The position numbers and the translations under genes were made by a program. A DNA stretch of 64,000 nt, from positions 3,712,001 to 3,776,000 of the forward strand of contig OZ245011.1 in NCBI GenBank assembly GCA_965223665.1, read 5' to 3'. Shown here in pieces: positions 59,227-64,000 of the stretch. The DNA comes from Nitrospinaceae bacterium (lineage in GTDB: Bacteria > Nitrospinota > Nitrospinia > Nitrospinales > Nitrospinaceae). Each line of letters begins with the position of its first letter. Position 1 is the first letter of the stretch. A model generated the notes under the pieces. It made no database searches. It saw only the letters and a list, made by a program, of their open reading frames with translations, and was not told where the DNA came from.

Positions 59227-59859
59227 ATGAATTTTATTGATGCAAAAATTGAACAGTATGCTGTGGATCACACAGAGTCCGAAAATGAATTGTTGGAACG
59301 TCTAAAAAAAGAAACTCAAGAAACTTTGGAAATTCCTCAAATGTTGACTGGGCGACTTGAGGGTCGGTTTTTAAATTTTTTGGGAAAATTAGTAAATGCC
59401 AAAAGGATTTTAGAGGTGGGTACTTTTAGTGGTTATGGCACTTTGTCTATGGCTGAGGCTTTGCCAGAGAACGGAAGAATTTTTACATGTGAAATGGATC
59501 CAGAAGCTATTGCTGTTGCAAAAAAATATTTTTCTCAAAGTGAACATGGCAATAAAGTAACTTTGCTAGAAGGGGATGCCATGGAGAGTATAAAAAAATT
59601 GGAGGGTCCCTTTGATATGTCTTTCATTGACGCGGATAAGGTTAACTATTTAAATTATTATAATTTGATTCTTCCTATTACCCGTGCCGGAGGTTTGATA
59701 GTAGTCGATAATGTGTTATGGGGAGGTGCCGTGCTTAACCCAAAAGATGAATCAGATCATGCTATTCATCATTTTAATGAAACAGTTTGTAGTGATGACC
59801 GAGTGGAAGGGGTCTTGCTCCCCATCCGTGATGGGGTGTTTTGCCTTAGAAAAAAGTAA
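59227..59859 (+). CDS. Caffeoyl-CoA-type O-methyltransferase
   Basis: LEVGTFSGY, FIDADK, VDNVLWGG, PIRDG; start ATG 59227 after GAGG. Confidence 0.9.
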   Translation: MNFIDAKIEQYAVDHTESENELLERLKKETQETLEIPQMLTGRLEGRFLNFLGKLVNAKRILEVGTFSGYGTLSMAEALPENGRIFTCEMDPEAIAVAKKYFSQSEHGNKVTLLEGDAMESIKKLEGPFDMSFIDADKVNYLNYYNLILPITRAGGLIVVDNVLWGGAVLNPKDESDHAIHHFNETVCSDDRVEGVLLPIRDGVFCLRKK

Positions 59860-59867
59860 CCCAGGAA

Positions 59868-60710
59868 TTAAAGATATCGATCCAGCAAATCTTTCCTCTT
59901 TTTTTGATATTCCTCTTCATCAATTAACTGATTCTGATAGAGTTGTTTAAGAAAACGAAGCTTTTCCTCAAGTTTGGGATCAATCGTTGGATTCGAAGAT
60001 GGTGTCTCAGAATCCTTAACCGAAGGAGCCATCTTGGTTGAATTAGATTCACTCGGCCTTGGTGATGTGGATCGTTTTTTAATTACACGATATCTTTTTT
60101 TGATGGGACCTAATCTCGATACAATCCAATTCGTTTCTTGCTTCGCCCCTAAAAGCTTACTAGAGGTGTGATACCTTTGTCCCTTTTTAGGAACCAAACG
60201 CCAGGCAGTTCCATAACGGGCAATCCGATTACGGGTTAATGAATACTTTACTCCGCGAATTTCTTGAAATCGCCAATTAAGATTTCCGTTAGAGGCAAAC
60301 AAAATTCCAACAGTATTACCCTCATCAGAGTTGACGTCAAAGGTTATAATATTTTCTTTACGAGCGCTATTAAGAGCTTTAGTCAATAATCGCTTCATAA
60401 GTAGCATATCTTTTTTGGTGAAAATCCGGCCTTCTTCACCTAACAAGGCATAATTTTCGTAGTAAAGACGAGCCATTTGCCGTAGGAGCTGATTTTCAGA
60501 AATTTTAAAAGGATGCTGCAATTCTAACTCAGAGACTTCCGGACCTCCATCCGCTTTGTTGGTATAGCCTAACTTAAAGTCTTCAACCTCTAAAGTCTTT
60601 TCACCTGTTCGCTTGCCCCCGCAGCCGGAAAAGTTGAAACTAATAAAACAAATTAACAAAACCAAAAAGCCGATATTTTTTCTAAAATGCATAGAGCCTC
60701 TTACTTTCAT
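59868..60710 (-). CDS. Lipoprotein with C-terminal SHOCT domain
   Basis: FSGC lipobox; KLRFLKQLYQNQLIDEEEYQKKRKDLL. Confidence 0.78.
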   Translation of the reverse strand: MKVRGSMHFRKNIGFLVLLICFISFNFSGCGGKRTGEKTLEVEDFKLGYTNKADGGPEVSELELQHPFKISENQLLRQMARLYYENYALLGEEGRIFTKKDMLLMKRLLTKALNSARKENIITFDVNSDEGNTVGILFASNGNLNWRFQEIRGVKYSLTRNRIARYGTAWRLVPKKGQRYHTSSKLLGAKQETNWIVSRLGPIKKRYRVIKKRSTSPRPSESNSTKMAPSVKDSETPSSNPTIDPKLEEKLRFLKQLYQNQLIDEEEYQKKRKDLLDRYL

Positions 60711-60726
60711 AATAATTTTTTTACTC

Positions 60727-61293
60727 TTACCATTTCATGGCGACCAAAGAGGAAAAGGCAGTTTGCTCCTCTGGATCATCAACCTCTCGATAATTTAGAA
60801 TATGCAGATCAATGAATCCTTTAATTAATTCATTATGATCCAAAACCCAATCTCTCTTAAAATTGCTGTATTTAAGATAATCTATATTAAAAGTTTCGAA
60901 AAGTAGTAATCCGCCTGATTTTAACCCTCTCCGGATTTTGGGAAAAAGGTCTCTGTTTAAAAAGTAAAAACACATGATGAGATCAAATTCGTTTTCGGGA
61001 AGAGAATAACCATCTAAATCTGCAACCTTGGTTTGGATGGATATTCCTTTTTCCTTAGCCAGATTCTCTGCACGTCCTATTCCCACATCGGATATGTCAA
61101 TTCCTAAAACTCTATAACCTAAAGAGGCAGCAAACAATGCATTTCGTCCTTCCCCCATGGCAATATCTAATGCATTACCTTTTCCTGTTAATAAATGTTT
61201 ATTGTTTTTTAGCCAGGAACAGGGTTCTATATTGACAGGGCAATCCTTTGCGGCATACTTGCTATTCCATTTTGATTTGTCTTTCAGGGTCAT
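60727..61293 (-). CDS. Class I SAM-dependent methyltransferase (TehB-like)
   Basis: KWNSKY, ALDIAMGEGRNA, LKSGGLLLFETF. Confidence 0.88.
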   Translation of the reverse strand: MTLKDKSKWNSKYAAKDCPVNIEPCSWLKNNKHLLTGKGNALDIAMGEGRNALFAASLGYRVLGIDISDVGIGRAENLAKEKGISIQTKVADLDGYSLPENEFDLIMCFYFLNRDLFPKIRRGLKSGGLLLFETFNIDYLKYSNFKRDWVLDHNELIKGFIDLHILNYREVDDPEEQTAFSSLVAMKW

Positions 61294-61511
61294 TTAAGAG
61301 AATTTTTTTATGAATTGAGGTTTTCTTATACCATTTGGTCTTTGTTTTTGGCAAAATTAAAACTTGGATTTTAATGAGTTGGGAAGCAAAAAGTCATTAA
61401 TTTCATCCATTGACTAATGGATATGTTTAGATTATTATAACCGTTTGCAATTTTCCTAAAGAAAAATTTCCCAAAATAAGATATAAGACCATTAATTCGG
61501 GAGTTAAATTG

Positions 61512-61826
61512 ATGTTTGCAGTGGTCAAAACTGGTGGTAAACAATACAAAGTATCTGAAGGCGATGTCATCCAAATTGAAAAATTGGAAGCTCAGGTGGG
61601 TGACTCGGTTACTTTGGATCAAGTTTTAATGATTGGCGATGAAGATAATGTTGATCTTGGTTCTCCTTTTCTAAGTGGTATTGCCGTGACGGGTGAGGTG
61701 TTAGACCAAACCAAAGGGAAAAAACTTATTGTTTTTAAAAAGAGACGGCGTAAAAATTATCGTAGAAAAAATGGGCATCGGCAGTTGTTGACTCGAGTAA
61801 AAATTACAGGAATTTCCAAAAATTAG
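61512..61826 (+). CDS. rplU: 50S ribosomal protein L21
   Basis: [14 protein letters not shown]...GHRQ. Confidence 0.98.
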   Translation: MFAVVKTGGKQYKVSEGDVIQIEKLEAQVGDSVTLDQVLMIGDEDNVDLGSPFLSGIAVTGEVLDQTKGKKLIVFKKRRRKNYRRKNGHRQLLTRVKITGISKN

Positions 61827-61834
61827 GTTTCTTT

Positions 61835-62092
61835 ATGGCACACAAAAAAGGACAAGGCAGTACTTCTAATGGCCGAGACAGTATTGGCAAGCGTTTAGGC
61901 GTTAAACGGTATGCGGGCCAAGTAGTAAAGGCAGGAGAGATCTTGGTACGTCAACGTGGTACTTCTATTCATCCCGGTGAAAATGTTGGATTGGGTAATG
62001 ACTACACAATTTTTTCTAAAATCCCTGGTGTTGTGAAGTTCGAGTGGTTGACCCGATCTAAGAAAAAAGTTAGCGTTTACCCCTCCAATTAG
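61835..62092 (+). CDS. rpmA: 50S ribosomal protein L27
   Basis: [16 protein letters not shown]...RQRGT. Confidence 0.98.
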   Translation: MAHKKGQGSTSNGRDSIGKRLGVKRYAGQVVKAGEILVRQRGTSIHPGENVGLGNDYTIFSKIPGVVKFEWLTRSKKKVSVYPSN

Positions 62093-62126
62093 ACGTTTTA
62101 ATTTCTCCAGGGTGTGAGCCCTCCTC

Positions 62127-63125
62127 ATGTTTGTTGATCAAGTCAAGATAATGGTGCATGCCGGAAATGGCGGTGACGGTTGTTGCAGCTTTAGGCGGGA
62201 AAAGTTTGTTCCTAAAGGAGGGCCTGACGGTGGAGACGGGGGCAAGGGTGGCGATATAGTTTTTGTGGCAGACCATAACCTTTCAACACTTCTCGATTTA
62301 CGTTACCAGCAACTTTATCGAGCCGACCACGGCCAACCAGGACAAGGTAGTTTAAAAACAGGCCGAAGTGGAAAAGATTTAATCATTCGCGTTCCTGTGG
62401 GAACCGTAATAAAAGATTACGAATCTGGCGAGCTTTTAGCAGATTTGGTTGAAGAGTTCCAGGAATTCATTTCTGCTTATGGTGGGGCCGGAGGATACGG
62501 CAATGATCATTTTAAGTCCTCAGTAAACCGAGCGCCCAGACGGGCGGATCCCGGGACACCAGGGGAACACAAAACCCTATTAGTTGAACTTAAACTATTA
62601 GCCGATGTTGCAATAATTGGTTATCCCAACGCTGGAAAATCCACTCTCATTTCAACAATTTCAAATGCAAAACCCAAAATAGCCGCGTATCCTTTTACAA
62701 CATTGGTTCCAAACTTAGGAATTGTCCGTGTGGATGAATATCAATCTTTTGTGGCGGCGGATATCCCTGGATTGATTGAAGGAGCCCATGAGGGAAAAGG
62801 TCTGGGAACTCGCTTTCTTAAACATACCGAAAGAACAAGGCTATTGGTGCATCTTATAGATTTTTCTATTGAAAATGATCGCGATCCAATTTCGGATTAT
62901 GAAACCATCCAAAATGAACTAAAAAACTTTAGTGGGGATTTGTATAAAAAACCTCAGATCCTAGTGGCCAGCAAAGTGGATCATCCCGAAGCGGAGGAAA
63001 AGTTGAAAGAATATTATGATAGCTTAAAAGAAATTAATCCCAACCTATTTATTATTTCTTCTATAACAAAAAAGGGGATCAAGGAATTAGTATTAGCAAT
63101 TTTTCAGCAACTCAAAAATGTTTGA
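62127..63125 (+). CDS. obgE: GTPase ObgE/CgtA
   Basis: FRREKFVPKGGPDGGDGG, GYPNAGKS, YPFTT, DIPG; canonical rplU-rpmA-obg order. Confidence 0.97.
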   Translation: MFVDQVKIMVHAGNGGDGCCSFRREKFVPKGGPDGGDGGKGGDIVFVADHNLSTLLDLRYQQLYRADHGQPGQGSLKTGRSGKDLIIRVPVGTVIKDYESGELLADLVEEFQEFISAYGGAGGYGNDHFKSSVNRAPRRADPGTPGEHKTLLVELKLLADVAIIGYPNAGKSTLISTISNAKPKIAAYPFTTLVPNLGIVRVDEYQSFVAADIPGLIEGAHEGKGLGTRFLKHTERTRLLVHLIDFSIENDRDPISDYETIQNELKNFSGDLYKKPQILVASKVDHPEAEEKLKEYYDSLKEINPNLFIISSITKKGIKELVLAIFQQLKNV

Positions 63126-63189
63126 TATGAGTCCAAATCATTTTTTGAATTAGGAAATCAAACTCAAAAATTTTGATTATGAAACCAAA

Positions 63190-64000
63190 CTACCTTCCAA
63201 ATATTCCATCGAATAGAGATTTAACCCCTTCTTTAACACCGTCCTTAACTCCCTCAGTCATAGATTCCTCTGCCTGATCTGCTGCCGCATCTCCAATTCG
63301 TTCGGTTCCTTTTTCTAAACGACTGGCTTCTTCTTTTTCTTGCTCAGCTTTTGCTTTAGCATCCTGGGATCTTCTTGAATCATCTCTATAATCCCGGGGG
63401 TCACGGTCTCTATAATCTCTATCGCGGTAATCTCGGTCTCGGTAATCTCTTTCACGCTCTCTATATTGGTCACGCGCGTCTCGGTAATCTCGATCCCTTG
63501 AATCACGATAGTCCCTATCTCTAGGATCTCGAGGATCACGATCTCTATAATCTCGGTCACGTGAATCACGATAATCCCGATCCCGGTAATCTCTTTCGCG
63601 GTCTCTATACTGGTCGCGCGCGTCTCGGTAATCCCGATCTCTATAATCTCGTGGATCCCGGTCCCTATAATCTCCGTCGCGGAAATCTCGCTCGCGATTT
63701 TGATATTGTTCTCTTGCGTTACGTAAGTTATCCATATCTCTTCTGTCCGGCATATTGACAGGCTGAATTCTTGGGACATTAAACCGATTGGGATCAATAT
63801 GGGTTTCATTGACGGATTCCAATATCATCATATCTTCATATCTAAGAAGAGCTCCCCCTGGTCCGTTTTTTTCGTATCTTTTCATGAGATCACCCATGGT
63901 TTGACCAGGATGTCTTTGCCCCATGGATCCCCAGGACTGGGCGAAACGTGCTTGCGCTTTTTGAAGTGTCAATAGTCTGGAATCATTTGCAAACACAACT
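63190..64000 (-). CDS. Partial protein (5' end outside the window), possibly DUF4412-like, with Arg/Asp/Tyr repeat tract
   Basis: ILESVNETHIDPNRFNVP, ~110-aa RDYRD tract, C-terminal GVKEGVKSLFDGIFGR. Confidence 0.7.
   Translation of the reverse strand, partial: VVFANDSRLLTLQKAQARFAQSWGSMGQRHPGQTMGDLMKRYEKNGPGGALLRYEDMMILESVNETHIDPNRFNVPRIQPVNMPDRRDMDNLRNAREQYQNRERDFRDGDYRDRDPRDYRDRDYRDARDQYRDRERDYRDRDYRDSRDRDYRDRDPRDPRDRDYRDSRDRDYRDARDQYRERERDYRDRDYRDRDYRDRDPRDYRDDSRRSQDAKAKAEQEKEEASRLEKGTERIGDAAADQAEESMTEGVKDGVKEGVKSLFDGIFGR
63380..63710 (-). repeat. Coding low-complexity tandem repeat (RD/RDY)
   Basis: Recurrent TCTCGGTAATC / TCTCTATAATC units on +; higher-order duplication of RDYRDARDQYR[D/E]RERDYRDRDYRD. 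Confidence 0.85.

Noticed and set aside
1147-62276. Numerous short ORFs antisense to or nested in confident genes (e.g. 1147..1560, 12885..13259, 34275..34634, 53394..53726)
   Set aside because: They overlap well-supported CDSs and show no recognisable motifs.
63380-63710. Repeats as a possible CRISPR array
   Set aside because: No constant repeat with unique spacers; in-frame coding repeat; no cas genes.
63315-63809. 164-aa alternative-frame ORF rich in IE/TE
   Set aside because: Shadow frame of the RD repeat, which lacks stops by construction.

Overview
AT-rich bacterial chromosomal window. Its gene content (several cytoplasmic RI-like LRR proteins, a Sel1 protein, an STN-like protein, HDOD signalling) resembles Nitrospinota, which is an inference. 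About 45 kb is devoted to cell-surface polysaccharide. There is a Wzy-type EPS locus on + (26.2-38.3 kb: Wzc-like co-polymerase, UDP-GlcA epimerase, MurJ-like flippase, four GT4s, Wzy-like protein, CapK-like ligase). It is followed by a DUF4956/CotH/VTC trio (38.5-42.6 kb) and a convergent - strand arm (outer-membrane beta-barrel, short OPX/Wza, WcaJ-like priming transferase, epimerase). Upstream lie three paralogous signal-peptide-bearing, tailspike-like beta-helix proteins and two more CapK-like ligases, interspersed with msrAB, an FdhF/YdeP oxidoreductase, a cyclase-TPR-HD-GYP fusion, ArnT-like and COG0523 genes. The right end is mostly housekeeping and signalling (NupC, histidine kinase/HDOD, coaX, aroK, alkA, rplU-rpmA-obgE). 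Highlights: the Wzc appears to be a pseudokinase; a putative polyphosphate-coupled periplasmic kinase module is embedded in the EPS locus; the tailspike-like family looks host-domesticated and sits behind a sigma54 promoter with a long structured leader; and a 91-nt RNA structure displays CCUCC anti-Shine-Dalgarno loops. No tRNA, rRNA, CRISPR array, integrase or transposase was recognised.
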